Positions 38,890 through 49,612 of a stretch of DNA of 64,000 nt are shown here, piece after piece. A model generated the notes under the pieces. It searched no databases, had not been told where the DNA came from, and was given only the letters and a program-made list of their open reading frames with translations. The stretch spans positions 192,001 through 256,000 of the forward strand of contig JAEOSU010000072.1 of assembly GCA_016840165.1 (NCBI GenBank), read 5' to 3'. Source of the stretch: Promethearchaeota archaeon. GTDB taxonomy: Archaea > Asgardarchaeota > Lokiarchaeia > Sigyniarchaeales > SOKP01. Position 1 is the stretch's first letter, and each line of letters opens with the position of its first letter. Both the position numbers and the translations under genes were made by a program.

Positions 38890-40296
38890 TTGAAAGCTTA
38901 TGATATAATAATAGTGGGTGCCGGACCTGGTGGCTCTATGGCAGCTAAAATTGCAGCTGAAGAAGGGCTTAAAACAATCTTTTTTGAGAGAGGACGAAAA
39001 CCAGGTGAAAAAAATTCTTCTGGTTGTGGATTAGGACCACGTATGTGGCAAACTTTCCCTGATTTAATGAAGTACTTGACCCCTGAGAAATGTCCTTCTA
39101 TGAGGGCTGGATCAGCTTCTCGTAATTATTTTGTTAACGAAGAAGGTAGAGTAGTAGGGTATATTATGGCGCACCCTACTGAATCAGTGTCGTATGAACC
39201 TGCTAAAAGCTGGATTACGATGAACTGTTATCGAAGCGAATTTGATCCATGGATCGCCGAATTTGCTACTAAAGAAGGAGCTGAATTAAAAACTTCAAGA
39301 TTAATTATTGATTTATTAAAGGAAGAGGGAAAAATTTGTGGAGTGGTTGATGAACGTGGAGAGAAATATAAAGCACCTATAGTAATTGGAGCAGATGGTG
39401 CGATATCATTGGTTGCTAAAAAGAGTGGTTTAAGAACAAAATGGGCTCAGGATCAAATTACAATTGTTCCTCAATATGATTTTCATGCTCCCTCAAGTAA
39501 AATCGATGATATAATGGGAGATGAAGCACTTGCGGTTTGGTGGTCTGCGATCTTCCCCGCATCGTATCAAGTTTTCTTTCATGATGGGTTTCATCAAGGT
39601 TTAGGTAATTGGTTGAATAAATGGGATAAGAATCCGTTATTTTTTCTAAATCGTGTTGTTAATCTCAAGTATTATCAACGGTTATTAAAGAATTTAGATG
39701 CTAAACCAAGAGAATTACAATCACATCTTCTTCCTTGGTTAAAATATCCATATAATACCCATACTGATGGGGTTATTTTAATTGGAGATGCTGGGGGATT
39801 TCCTTGCCCTCTTGAAGCAGAAGGAATTTATCCAGCAATGGTTACAGGAAAGGTAGCCGCAGAAGTTGCTGCTGAAGCAATCACATCTGAAGATGTTTCA
39901 AAAAATGCTCTTTCAAAATTTGATGAACAATGGAAAAAAACTAGTATTGGAGAAGAATTCGAAGCAGGAGAGGAACTATATAATATTTGGAAAGCATTGC
40001 CCTTTAGCCCTAAAGAAACAATGAGTTGGTTTATACCAATGTTTATGGACCTATTGGGAGGAATCTTTGATTGGTCACAGCCACACGCAAAACGCGTTCG
40101 GCAAATAGCTAGTCATGTCAAATCTTATATGCCACAAGCTTTACCATTTATTATGAAATATGTATTCCCTCTTGTTGCTAAAATTTTTGAAAATGATCTT
40201 GACAAAATGATGGACCCTCAAAAGTTAATGACAATGCTTCCAAAAATTATGGATCTCCTCCCAAAAAAGAAAAAACAAAGGAGGGATCAAGCATGA
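38890..40296 (+). CDS. fixC: FixC-like / geranylgeranyl-reductase-family flavoprotein
   Basis: VGAGPGG, ERGRKPGEKNSSG, IGADG, IGDAGG, EGI..AM; overlaps a FixX-like gene. Confidence 0.75.
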   Translation: MKAYDIIIVGAGPGGSMAAKIAAEEGLKTIFFERGRKPGEKNSSGCGLGPRMWQTFPDLMKYLTPEKCPSMRAGSASRNYFVNEEGRVVGYIMAHPTESVSYEPAKSWITMNCYRSEFDPWIAEFATKEGAELKTSRLIIDLLKEEGKICGVVDERGEKYKAPIVIGADGAISLVAKKSGLRTKWAQDQITIVPQYDFHAPSSKIDDIMGDEALAVWWSAIFPASYQVFFHDGFHQGLGNWLNKWDKNPLFFLNRVVNLKYYQRLLKNLDAKPRELQSHLLPWLKYPYNTHTDGVILIGDAGGFPCPLEAEGIYPAMVTGKVAAEVAAEAITSEDVSKNALSKFDEQWKKTSIGEEFEAGEELYNIWKALPFSPKETMSWFIPMFMDLLGGIFDWSQPHAKRVRQIASHVKSYMPQALPFIMKYVFPLVAKIFENDLDKMMDPQKLMTMLPKIMDLLPKKKKQRRDQA

Positions 40297-40562
40297 AGAT
40301 TGAAATTGATGGATTAACGAAACATATTCCAGGAACGGGCGATTTTATTTCAATCGATAATAATAAATGTAATAATTGTGGGAGATGCATTCTTGTATGT
40401 TTGGTAAACTTGTGGTTTAGAAAAGACGATAAGATATATATATCTGAGGATTATAAAGAAAAATGCTTAGAATGTGCCGCTTGTTATCAAGTTTGCGATG
40501 CTAATGCTATAAAATTCCAATATCCAGCTGGAGGTACAGGAATAATTTATGAAAAAGGCTAA
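40293..40562 (+). CDS. fixX: FixX-like ferredoxin
   Basis: CNNCGRC...C and CLECAAC..C; FixX-type C-terminus YPAGGTGIIYEKG. Confidence 0.8.
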   Translation: MKIEIDGLTKHIPGTGDFISIDNNKCNNCGRCILVCLVNLWFRKDDKIYISEDYKEKCLECAACYQVCDANAIKFQYPAGGTGIIYEKG

Positions 40563-40629
40563 TCCTTCTTTTATTTTTTTATTCTTTTAAGGATTTAAAT
40601 ATTAAAAAGAGGTACTTTAAATTTTATTT

Positions 40630-41520
40630 TTATAAGGAAATATTAAGTATTTTTTTTAATTCTTTATATCTTGAACGAAGGGTTACCTCAGTAACTCCAA
40701 TTAAATCTGCTATTTGTTTTTGTGTGAAATTTTCATTTTTTATTTTAGAAGCTAAATAAATCGCTCCACCAACAATTCCTTTTGGATCTTTACCGCTTGT
40801 AACAAAATTGGACGTATAAGTATCCGCTATTTTAATAGCTAATTTTTCAATTTCTGAAGATAATCCTAATTTAGTTGTGTATCGTGGAATTAAAGCAATT
40901 GGATTTGTATTAGGTGCCTTTAAATTTAATTCACGAATTACTACTCCATAACATCTTCTTACATCCTTTCCATTTTCATTAGTTTCATCTAAAACTTCTT
41001 GTAGTGTTCTAGTTATTCTATATTTTTTTATTGCATAATAAATACACGCTGCAATCATAGAATTGATTGATCTACCACGCAATAATTTCCGCTTGAATAC
41101 TTCTTTATAAAGGCTCATAGCTTCTTGCTTTACATGGTTAGGCAAATGTAAATTTGTACTAATTCTTTTTAGTTCCGTGGTAGCAATTAATATATTCCGT
41201 TTTTCCCAACTCATTCTAGTGTTCCATTTAGCTGCCCTTTTCAAGTCAGGATTGTTAATTTTATTTCGATCAATTACATTTGTTAATCCAATATCAGGTA
41301 CCAACACAGATATAGGAGCCCCAGTTCGTTCTCTATTATTTTTTTCATTCACTGTAAAAGCTCTTCTTCCATCATGAGAAAGATCTAATCTTTTCTCTTC
41401 TAATACTAATCCGCATTGGTTACAGATCAAATCTCCCGTCTCTTTTAAGGCGATAATAGCACCTCCACATTCAGGACATACATTAGAGTCGCTCTGCACG
41501 TTATTAGTCTTAGTAATCAT
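40630..41520 (-). CDS. tfb: Transcription initiation factor IIB (TFB) paralog
   Basis: Zn ribbon CPECGG..CNQCG, LLRGRS, GKDPKG, TQKQIA..GVTEVTLRSRYKEL; ATG 1 nt after the clpB stop. Confidence 0.95.
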   Translation of the reverse strand: MITKTNNVQSDSNVCPECGGAIIALKETGDLICNQCGLVLEEKRLDLSHDGRRAFTVNEKNNRERTGAPISVLVPDIGLTNVIDRNKINNPDLKRAAKWNTRMSWEKRNILIATTELKRISTNLHLPNHVKQEAMSLYKEVFKRKLLRGRSINSMIAACIYYAIKKYRITRTLQEVLDETNENGKDVRRCYGVVIRELNLKAPNTNPIALIPRYTTKLGLSSEIEKLAIKIADTYTSNFVTSGKDPKGIVGGAIYLASKIKNENFTQKQIADLIGVTEVTLRSRYKELKKILNISL

Positions 41521-41521
41521 T

Positions 41522-44134
41522 CTAATCACTTCCTATTTTTCCAATTTTTTCAAAAGACAAACTTCCATTTTTTGCTACGTCGACTTTAATGATGTCCTCG
41601 TCCATAAAATCCCCTTCTAATAACTTGAGTGATAATGGATTTTGGATGAATTGCTGAATAGCTCTTTTTAAGGGACGTGCTCCATAATCGGGATCAAATC
41701 CCTTCTTAGCAAGCATCTCTTCTGCCGCTTCTGTTAATGTTATTTTGATATTGTGTTCAGCTAATACTTTATTTAGATTTTTTATTTGAATTTCAACAAT
41801 TTGTTTAATCTGGGCTTCTTCTAAGAAGTTAAAGACAACTATTTCATCAACTCGATTTAAAAATTCAGGTTTAAAGTAGCCTCTTAGAATTTTAACAATC
41901 TCTTCTGCATTCAGATTACGATCTTTTTGACGAGCATCTAGTATGAATTGGCTTCCCACATTACTAGTCATAATAATGATTGAATTTTTAAAGTCGACGG
42001 TTCTTCCATGACCATCAGTTAAACGTCCGTCATCCATTATCTGGAGTAAGATGTTAAATACATCAGGGTGTGCTTTCTCAATTTCATCAAATAAAATGAC
42101 AGAATAAGGTCGTCGTCTTACTGCTTCAGTTAAATATCCCCCCTCATCATAGCCTACATAACCCGGAGGTGCTCCTATTAATCGTGCTACGCTATGTTTT
42201 TCCATAAATTCGGACATATCAATCCGAATCATCGCATTCTCATCATCAAATAAGAATTCAGCCAGAGCCTTTGCAGTTTCTGTTTTACCTACACCAGTAG
42301 GTCCCATAAAGATAAAAGATCCGATTGGGCGGTTAGGATCTTGAATGCCAGCCCTAGCGCGCCTGATAGCATCCGATATAATTTTTATTGCCTCATCTTG
42401 ACCAATTACACGTTCTTTAAGGCGCTGTTCCATTTTAAGCAATTTTTCTCGCTCTCCCTCTAACATTCGGGAAACTGGAATGCCAGTCCATTGAGATACA
42501 ATCTTTGCAATATCTTCGGAATCAACCTCTTGTTTTAACATTGTCTTATTCTTTTGGATCTCAGCCAATTCATTATTATACTGATCTAAATCTTTTTTTA
42601 GTTGATTTAAAACACCATAAGTTAATTCTGCGGCTTTTCCAAGGTCGCCTCTTTTTTCTGCTCTCTCTGCCTCAATTCTTGTTTCCTCCATTTGTTTTTT
42701 AATATTGTTAATTTTCTGTATTAGATTTTTTTCATTATTCCATTGAATCTTCAATTTATCGCTCTCTTCTTTGAGATTTTCTAATTCTTCATCTATTTTT
42801 TTAATTTTTTCGGCGCATGATTTATCATTTTCTTTTTTTAAAGCTTCTTTTTGTATTTCTAATTGTATTCTTTTTCTCTCTATCTCATCAATTTCTGTCG
42901 GCATGCTATCAATTTCTATTCGCAATCGTGATGCAGCTTCATCCATTAAATCTATAGCTTTATCAGGTAAAAATCTATCCGCTATATATCGATGAGATAA
43001 GGTAACCGCACTAATAATTGCAGAATCTGTAATCCTTACTCCATGATGGATTTCATATTTCTCCTTTAAACCTCTTAAGATTGCAATTGAATCTTCTACT
43101 GATGGTTCTTCAACTAAAACTGTTTGAAATCGACGAGTTAAAGCTGCATCTTTTTCTATATATTTACGATATTCATCTAGCGTGGTAGCACCTACTGCCC
43201 GTAGTTCTCCCCTCGCCAATGCAGGTTTTAACATATTAGATGCATCTATCGCTCCTTGGGCAGCCCCAGCTCCAACTAAAGTATGTAATTCATCAATGAA
43301 AAGAATATATTTACCGGCACCTTTCTCAACTTCTTTTAAGAAAGCTTTTAACCGGTCTTCAAATTCACCACGATATTTAGCCCCAGCGACTAGAGCTGCT
43401 AAATCTAAGGCGATAATCTCTTTATTCTTTAAAGATCCTGGAACATCATCATTAGCAATTCGCTGGGCAAGTCCTTCTACTATTGCAGTTTTCCCGACAC
43501 CTGCCTCTCCTATTAATACAGGATTATTTTTTGTTCTTCGAGATAGGATATGCATGACTCTTCGAATTTCGTCATCTCTCCCAATAACAGGATCTATTTT
43601 CCCTCTTCTAGCTAAATCTGTGAGATTTCGACTATATTTTTCTATAGCTCTATATTTTCCCTCGGGATCTTGATCTGTGACGTTTTGACTCCCACGAATG
43701 CTAGTAAGCGCTTGCATAATTCGGTCACTGGTAATACCATAACTTTTTAAAATACTATATTCCGATATCGAATCCATTTTCGAGAGTGCCAATAATAAAT
43801 GTTCGGTACTTAAAAATTGATCTTTTAGAATTTCTGCTTCTTTCCAAGCTCTGTCGAATAATCTCCCAGAATTTGGGGATAGTAAGACATCGGTGGCTCC
43901 TGAACCTGTGACCTTTGGTAATCGATCGAGTTCTTTATTTAAATCAAATATTATCTTATTGATATTCACTCCTAATTTCTGGAAGAGAGGTTTTGTAATT
44001 CCATCTTCTTGTTCTATTAAACTAAGTAATAAATGGACTGGTTCAATCTGTTGGTTGTCATTAGTTTGTGCTAATGATCTTGCAGACATCATAGCTTCTT
44101 GAACTTTAATTGTAAACTTATCAAATTTCATCAT
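41522..44134 (-). CDS. clpB: Chaperone ClpB disaggregase
   Basis: Two AAA+ domains ([16 protein letters not shown]), long M-domain coiled coil, [12 protein letters not shown]. Confidence 0.97.
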   Translation of the reverse strand: MMKFDKFTIKVQEAMMSARSLAQTNDNQQIEPVHLLLSLIEQEDGITKPLFQKLGVNINKIIFDLNKELDRLPKVTGSGATDVLLSPNSGRLFDRAWKEAEILKDQFLSTEHLLLALSKMDSISEYSILKSYGITSDRIMQALTSIRGSQNVTDQDPEGKYRAIEKYSRNLTDLARRGKIDPVIGRDDEIRRVMHILSRRTKNNPVLIGEAGVGKTAIVEGLAQRIANDDVPGSLKNKEIIALDLAALVAGAKYRGEFEDRLKAFLKEVEKGAGKYILFIDELHTLVGAGAAQGAIDASNMLKPALARGELRAVGATTLDEYRKYIEKDAALTRRFQTVLVEEPSVEDSIAILRGLKEKYEIHHGVRITDSAIISAVTLSHRYIADRFLPDKAIDLMDEAASRLRIEIDSMPTEIDEIERKRIQLEIQKEALKKENDKSCAEKIKKIDEELENLKEESDKLKIQWNNEKNLIQKINNIKKQMEETRIEAERAEKRGDLGKAAELTYGVLNQLKKDLDQYNNELAEIQKNKTMLKQEVDSEDIAKIVSQWTGIPVSRMLEGEREKLLKMEQRLKERVIGQDEAIKIISDAIRRARAGIQDPNRPIGSFIFMGPTGVGKTETAKALAEFLFDDENAMIRIDMSEFMEKHSVARLIGAPPGYVGYDEGGYLTEAVRRRPYSVILFDEIEKAHPDVFNILLQIMDDGRLTDGHGRTVDFKNSIIIMTSNVGSQFILDARQKDRNLNAEEIVKILRGYFKPEFLNRVDEIVVFNFLEEAQIKQIVEIQIKNLNKVLAEHNIKITLTEAAEEMLAKKGFDPDYGARPLKRAIQQFIQNPLSLKLLEGDFMDEDIIKVDVAKNGSLSFEKIGKIGSD

Positions 44135-44149
44135 ATCTTTTAATCCCTC

Positions 44150-45160
44150 CTATAAACCTTCCGCTCTTAATTTTTCCATCAATTCCTTTTGCTTTCTACT
44201 TATTTTTTTTGGAACTTTAATTTTTATTCTGACTAATTGATTGCCTCGTTCTTCAGAATTTAGATTATAAAAACCTTTATTTTTTAATCTTAAAATAGTG
44301 GAATCTTTTGTTCCGGGAGGAACAGTAACTTTTGCTGAATTTTCTATTCCGGGGACTTGTATTTTACCACCAAGAACAGCAGTTGTAAAAGGAATTTCTT
44401 GCTCTATATAGATATCATCTCCATCTCTTTGAAATACATCATGATCAGATACATGAAGTATAATATAAAGATCACCAGAGGTTCCACCATTTTGACCGGG
44501 CATTCCCTTACCCTTTAATCTTAATTTTTGATCATCTCTGATACCTCGTGGTATCGTGACCGTGAGAGTTTTATTTTCTCCTGAAATAGGATCTCGATAT
44601 TGAACTTTTTTCTTTCCACCATAAAAAGCATCCATAAAATTAATTTCCATATCATATCGTAAATCTTCACCTTCACGGGGATAATTCTGCGTTGTTTTTG
44701 ACCTTGCTCTGGTGCTACCTCCAAAATTCGAAAATACATCAAAAATGTCTCCTAAATCGTTAAAAAAGTCATAATTTTGGGCTCTACCCTTTCCTCGCTT
44801 TGAGGAAGACCCAAAAATATCACTGAAATCAAATCCTCCTGGTCCTCCAGAAGTTGAATAATAATATGTGGTACCATCAGGTCCTTGATAGACCCTCTGT
44901 CCACCTGCTTGATTAGCATATTGTTGATAATTAAATGGCTCTCCATCTACTACACCAAATTTATCATACATTTCTCGCTTTTTATCATCATTTAAGACAC
45001 TATATGCTTCATTAATTTCCTTAAACTTCTCACCCGACTTTGCCTCATCGGGATTCACATCAGGATGATACTTGCGAGCTAATTTCCGGAAAGCTCTCTT
45101 AATTTCCTCTTTTGAGGCTCCTTTCTCTATTCCTAAAATACTATAATAATCTTTTGGCAT
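44150..45160 (-). CDS. dnaJ: DnaJ, class B (no zinc finger; CbpA-like)
   Basis: J-domain with HPD, G/F-rich region, C-terminal DnaJ domains, no CxxCxGxG repeats. Confidence 0.92.
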   Translation of the reverse strand: MPKDYYSILGIEKGASKEEIKRAFRKLARKYHPDVNPDEAKSGEKFKEINEAYSVLNDDKKREMYDKFGVVDGEPFNYQQYANQAGGQRVYQGPDGTTYYYSTSGGPGGFDFSDIFGSSSKRGKGRAQNYDFFNDLGDIFDVFSNFGGSTRARSKTTQNYPREGEDLRYDMEINFMDAFYGGKKKVQYRDPISGENKTLTVTIPRGIRDDQKLRLKGKGMPGQNGGTSGDLYIILHVSDHDVFQRDGDDIYIEQEIPFTTAVLGGKIQVPGIENSAKVTVPPGTKDSTILRLKNKGFYNLNSEERGNQLVRIKIKVPKKISRKQKELMEKLRAEGL

Positions 45161-45223
45161 AATTTACAACCTCATAATAAATATTAAAAAATTTAAAAAA
45201 ATATTATAAAAAAATTAAAAAAT

Positions 45224-47122
45224 TTATTCGTAATCTGCATCAACTACTCCATCATCTTGACCTGTGGCTCTTCGAAACTGTTCTTCTTCGATTTCATCCT
45301 GTGTTTTTCCTTGTGTTCCATATCCAGCTCCGGGTGGCACTCCACCCATTCCTCCGGGTGGTGCTCCTTGAGTTCCTTGTTGTTGTCCGTAGATCCGGGA
45401 TGAGACCTCATGTAATGAATTCTGTAATGCTTCGCTAGCTGCTTTAATTCTATTTAAATCATCAGCTTCAACAGCACTTCGTAATTCTGAGATTTTTTCG
45501 AGAATACGTGATTTTAAATCTCCAATTACTGCTTCATTTTCCTTGAGTAATTTCTCAGTTTGATAAATCAATGCTTCCGCTTGGTTTTTCGCTTCCTGTA
45601 ATTCTTTAAATCTCCTATCTTCATCAGCGTGACTCTCCGCTTCTCGGATTTTCTGTTCAATTTCATCTTCTGACATTTTTGAAGAGGCGGTAATGGTAAT
45701 AGATTGACTTTTTCCCGTTCCTTTATCTTTTGCTGATACATTAAGAATACCATTTTGATCGATATCAAAAGTCACCTCTATCTGTGGAACACCTCGTGGT
45801 GCAGGAGGGATTCCCGTCAAATGAAATTTACCTAATGAGATGTTATCTGCAGCTTTCGGTCGTTCTCCTTGTAATACATTGATCTCTACTGCTGGTTGAT
45901 TATCTGCTGCGGTGGAGAATGTTTCCTTTTTCTTCGTTGGAATAGTGGTGTTTCTCTCGATTAACTTAGTGAACACTCCGCCTAATGTTTCAACTCCTAA
46001 GGATAATGGTGTGACATCAAGTAATAACAAATCTTCGACTTCACCAGTTAGTACACCACCTTGAACTGCGGCACCCATAGCGACACATTCCATTGGATCA
46101 ATGCTTCTTTCAGGTTTTTTACCCAAGAAATGTTCGAACTTCTCTTGAACACTAGGCATCCGAGTTGGACCACCAACTAAAATTACCTTATCCACTTCAC
46201 CTTTTTTAAGACCTGAATCTCGTAATGCCTTAATAATAGGTGCCTCTAAACGTTTCAATACCGGATCAATTAATTGTTCTAATTTAGCTCTTGTAAGATT
46301 CATATTCAGATGTTTTGGACCTGAGTCAGTAGCAGTGATATAAGGTAAGTTAAGATCTGTGGTTATTGATGTCGAAAGCTCTATTTTTGCCCTTTCGGCA
46401 GCTTCCCGTATTCTTTGCATAGCCATGGAATCCTTTCGCAGATCGACTCCTTCAGTTTTTTTGAACTCGTCAACGATATAATCTACTAAAAGTTTGTCCA
46501 TATCTGTTCCGCCTAATTGAGTATCTCCTGCCGTAGAAATAACTTCAAAAACCTGATTGTCCATTTCCATGATGGTTACATCAAACGTACCTCCACCTAA
46601 ATCTAATACCGCAATTTTTAGGCGGACATCCTTCTTATCCAATCCATAAGCTACTGCTGCGGCAGTGGGTTCGTTAATTAAACGTTTTACATCTAATCCC
46701 GCGATCCTTCCCGCGTCTTTAGTAGCTTGGCGTTGATTGTCATTGAAATATGCTGGCACAGTTATAATTGCTTCTGTTACTTCTTCTCCTAAGTAAGCGC
46801 TTGCATCTTCTTTAATCTTCCGCAATATCATCGCAGATATTTCTTGTGGTGTATATTCCTTACCATCAATTTCTACAGTGTAAGAAGTTCCCATTTTTCG
46901 TTTTATGGCAGTAATTGTTCTATCAGGGTTTGAAATCGCTTGTCTTCGCGCAGGTTCACCAACAATCCTCTGGCCATCCTTCGTGAATGCAACCACTGAA
47001 GGAAAGGCTTTACCACCTAAGGTATTTCCTTCGGCACTTGGAATAATTGTTGGTTTCCCACCAATTAATACTGCTGCTGCTGAATTGCTTGTACCAAGGT
47101 CAATTCCTATAATTTTTCCCAT
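45224..47122 (-). CDS. dnaK: Hsp70 chaperone DnaK
   Basis: [35 protein letters not shown]; lacks the Gram-negative N-terminal insert. Confidence 0.98.
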   Translation of the reverse strand: MGKIIGIDLGTSNSAAAVLIGGKPTIIPSAEGNTLGGKAFPSVVAFTKDGQRIVGEPARRQAISNPDRTITAIKRKMGTSYTVEIDGKEYTPQEISAMILRKIKEDASAYLGEEVTEAIITVPAYFNDNQRQATKDAGRIAGLDVKRLINEPTAAAVAYGLDKKDVRLKIAVLDLGGGTFDVTIMEMDNQVFEVISTAGDTQLGGTDMDKLLVDYIVDEFKKTEGVDLRKDSMAMQRIREAAERAKIELSTSITTDLNLPYITATDSGPKHLNMNLTRAKLEQLIDPVLKRLEAPIIKALRDSGLKKGEVDKVILVGGPTRMPSVQEKFEHFLGKKPERSIDPMECVAMGAAVQGGVLTGEVEDLLLLDVTPLSLGVETLGGVFTKLIERNTTIPTKKKETFSTAADNQPAVEINVLQGERPKAADNISLGKFHLTGIPPAPRGVPQIEVTFDIDQNGILNVSAKDKGTGKSQSITITASSKMSEDEIEQKIREAESHADEDRRFKELQEAKNQAEALIYQTEKLLKENEAVIGDLKSRILEKISELRSAVEADDLNRIKAASEALQNSLHEVSSRIYGQQQGTQGAPPGGMGGVPPGAGYGTQGKTQDEIEEEQFRRATGQDDGVVDADYE

Positions 47123-47158
47123 TTTGTTTCACTCCTTTATTTATTTTTATTTTTATTT

Positions 47159-47863
47159 TTATTCTTGATTTTTTATACTAAATTTTTTTTTTGATACTTT
47201 TACCCTTGCGGGTTTCAATACTTTGTTATTTAAATAATAACCTTTATCAATCACTTCAATAATAGTATTTTCTGGAAGATCGTCATTCTCCTCTACCATT
47301 ACTGATTCATGTTTATATGGATCGAACTTTTCTCCTTTACAATTCATCGGAATTAGTCCCTCATCTTCAAGCATTTTTTGAAAGTTCCGAACAATCATCT
47401 TGAATCCATTTCTTATCGATTCATCACTGTTATTGATTTCCATAATTTGCTGAGCGCGTAATAAATCCTCGTAGTGATCTATTAGTTTTTTCATAATTCT
47501 TTCCTTCAAAATAGTGTTATATTGCTCTTTGTCTCGTTGTACCGATTTCTTATAGTTTTCAAAGTCTGCTCGCGCTCTTACCAGTGAATTCAAATATTTC
47601 TTTGTCTTTTCCTCTAAATCTTTTAATTGTCGTCCATCTTCTTTTAGGTTTTCAATTTGTTTATGTAGCGCTGATTTCTCTGTTTGGGCATGATCCAGCT
47701 TTTTAGCTAATGCCTCATATCTTTCGGCAGTCTCTCGTAACTTATTGTATTCTCTCTTGGAAATAGTTATTCTATCCCGTGGATCTTCCAATGCTCTTCT
47801 TTTATTAAAATAATTATCATAAAATTTTTCATATACCATGTTATCTATCATCTTATTTTTCAA
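47159..47863 (-). CDS. grpE: Nucleotide exchange factor GrpE (N-terminally extended)
   Basis: RARADFENYKK, FDPYKHE, KGY.LN.KVLKPARVKV; start uncertain. Confidence 0.93.
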   Translation of the reverse strand: MKNKMIDNMVYEKFYDNYFNKRRALEDPRDRITISKREYNKLRETAERYEALAKKLDHAQTEKSALHKQIENLKEDGRQLKDLEEKTKKYLNSLVRARADFENYKKSVQRDKEQYNTILKERIMKKLIDHYEDLLRAQQIMEINNSDESIRNGFKMIVRNFQKMLEDEGLIPMNCKGEKFDPYKHESVMVEENDDLPENTIIEVIDKGYYLNNKVLKPARVKVSKKKFSIKNQE

Positions 47864-47877
47864 TGATTTTTTTTTGG

Positions 47878-47950
47878 CAATTGATTTTTGTCAATCAATT
47901 GTTTACTTGACAATCGTTAATTAACATAGATGAGTTTACATATTTAAATG
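47878..47950 (-). promoter_or_regulatory. Chaperone-operon promoter with overlapping inverted repeats (candidate operator)
   Basis: TATA box CATTTAAATA at ~47941-47950; CAATTGATT-N6-AATCAATTG (47878-47901); TTGTCAA-N12-TTGACAA (47888-47913); GTTAATTAAC (47916-47925). Confidence 0.6.
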
Positions 47951-48315
47951 TTTCTATTTTGAAAAATAATATAATGCGAAACTAAAGATGTAAAGGATTG
48001 GGATTTTAGACCCACTTTCAACTATTCTAATATTAGTTATTAACTAATCATACTCAAAGATTTAGAAAGAACTAGTAAAAACTTCTCAAATTAATAGATT
48101 ATAAAATGCTAGTGGATAACTTTTATTTTTGTCTGAAAACGCCATCATTATCAAAAGAGGGTCGTAATTTGCTCCTAAAGACAATTGAATGTTCGATTTG
48201 GCCTGTAAAATGCTCATTCATTTACATAATGATAAAACATTAACTTTTTGATTGAAATTAATTTTTATATTATAATTTAAATGATATTTGCTATAAATAA
48301 TTACACCTTAGCATA

Positions 48316-49533
48316 ATGAAGTATAGAAAGATGGGAAACCTAGATTGGGAGGTTTCTGCGCTTGGTTTTGGATGTATGCGATTACCAACTAAAACCATTC
48401 TGGATAAAAGTTCAAATCAAAGTAAGCAAGTAGTTGATAGAGAGTATGCAATAAATATGATAAGGTATGGTATTGATCAGGGCATCAATTATATTGATAC
48501 TGCTTGGACTTATCATGACGGTGAAAGCGAATTAGTAGTTGGAGATGCGCTTAAGGAAGGCTATAGGGAAAAGGTAAAGTTGGTTACTAAACTTCCAACG
48601 TGGTTAATAAAAAGCGAAGGAGATTTTGATGTATTTCTGAAGAAGCAACTTGAGAAGTTAAAGACCAATTATTTGGATGTTTATTTACTTCACTCATTAG
48701 GAAAAGATCTATTTGAAACTGTTAAAAAATTTAATTTAGTTAATAAAATGGAAGAAGCAAGAAAAAAAGGATTGATAAAGCACATTGGGTTTTCTTTCCA
48801 TGATAATTTAAAGGTATTCAAAGAAATAATTGACTTTTATGATTGGGATGTAGCCCAAATTCAATATAATTATTTTGATCCAGATTATCAAGCAGGAGTT
48901 AAGGGTTTAAAATACGCTGCAGGCAAAGGAATTGCTATGATAATAATGGAACCATTATGGGGCGGAAAGTTAACGCAATCATTTTCAGAAGCGGAAGATA
49001 TAATAAAAAAAGCACCTATTAAAAGATCATTAGCAGATTGGGCACTTCAATTTCTTTGGAATCAACCAGAAGTATCTGTTGTGTTATCTGGTATGGGTGA
49101 ATTGTGGCAAGTCAAAGAAAATGTGGAAAGCGCCAATAATTCATCAATTAGATCTCTAAAAAAGGATGATATGAAAGTCATTTCAGAACTGCGTAAGGCT
49201 TATTCTAAATATATTACAATCCCTTGTACAAATTGTGAGTATTGTATGCCCTGCCCGAATTCAGTTGATATTCCCCAAAATATTCGATTTTTAAACGATT
49301 TTATCTGGTTTGGAGAGGGAGAGAGAGAGCGATTCGAGAGTATTTATGGGAAATTCTTAAAAAATAAAGAGGAACTCGAAGAATTAGGAGGAAAAGGAGC
49401 AGGAAATGCAAGCTTGTGCATAGAATGTGGAGAGTGCCTTGAAAAATGTCCCCAAAACATCCAGATTCCTGAAGTTCTCAAGAAAGTAGATGCAATTTTG
49501 GGCAAAAAACGAAAAATCTCGGACTTTTTTTAG
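48316..49533 (+). CDS. Aldo/keto reductase with a C-terminal Fe-S domain
   Basis: VSALGFGCMRLP, GINYIDTA..YH, IMEPL.GG, CTNCEYCMPCP, CIECGECLEKCPQ. Confidence 0.92.
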   Translation: MKYRKMGNLDWEVSALGFGCMRLPTKTILDKSSNQSKQVVDREYAINMIRYGIDQGINYIDTAWTYHDGESELVVGDALKEGYREKVKLVTKLPTWLIKSEGDFDVFLKKQLEKLKTNYLDVYLLHSLGKDLFETVKKFNLVNKMEEARKKGLIKHIGFSFHDNLKVFKEIIDFYDWDVAQIQYNYFDPDYQAGVKGLKYAAGKGIAMIIMEPLWGGKLTQSFSEAEDIIKKAPIKRSLADWALQFLWNQPEVSVVLSGMGELWQVKENVESANNSSIRSLKKDDMKVISELRKAYSKYITIPCTNCEYCMPCPNSVDIPQNIRFLNDFIWFGEGERERFESIYGKFLKNKEELEELGGKGAGNASLCIECGECLEKCPQNIQIPEVLKKVDAILGKKRKISDFF

Positions 49534-49612
49534 AAAGTATTTCGAACTAATATGCCAGAAGATTTATAAATATGAATCAACATAATATTCAAAAAAATTA
49601 TAGTGTAAAATT

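Noticed and set aside
38890-40296. Firm call as archaeal digeranylgeranylglycerophospholipid reductase
   Set aside because: It lacks the GGR-type PxxYxWxFP motif, and its N-terminal motif and FixX partner fit FixC better; substrate unresolved
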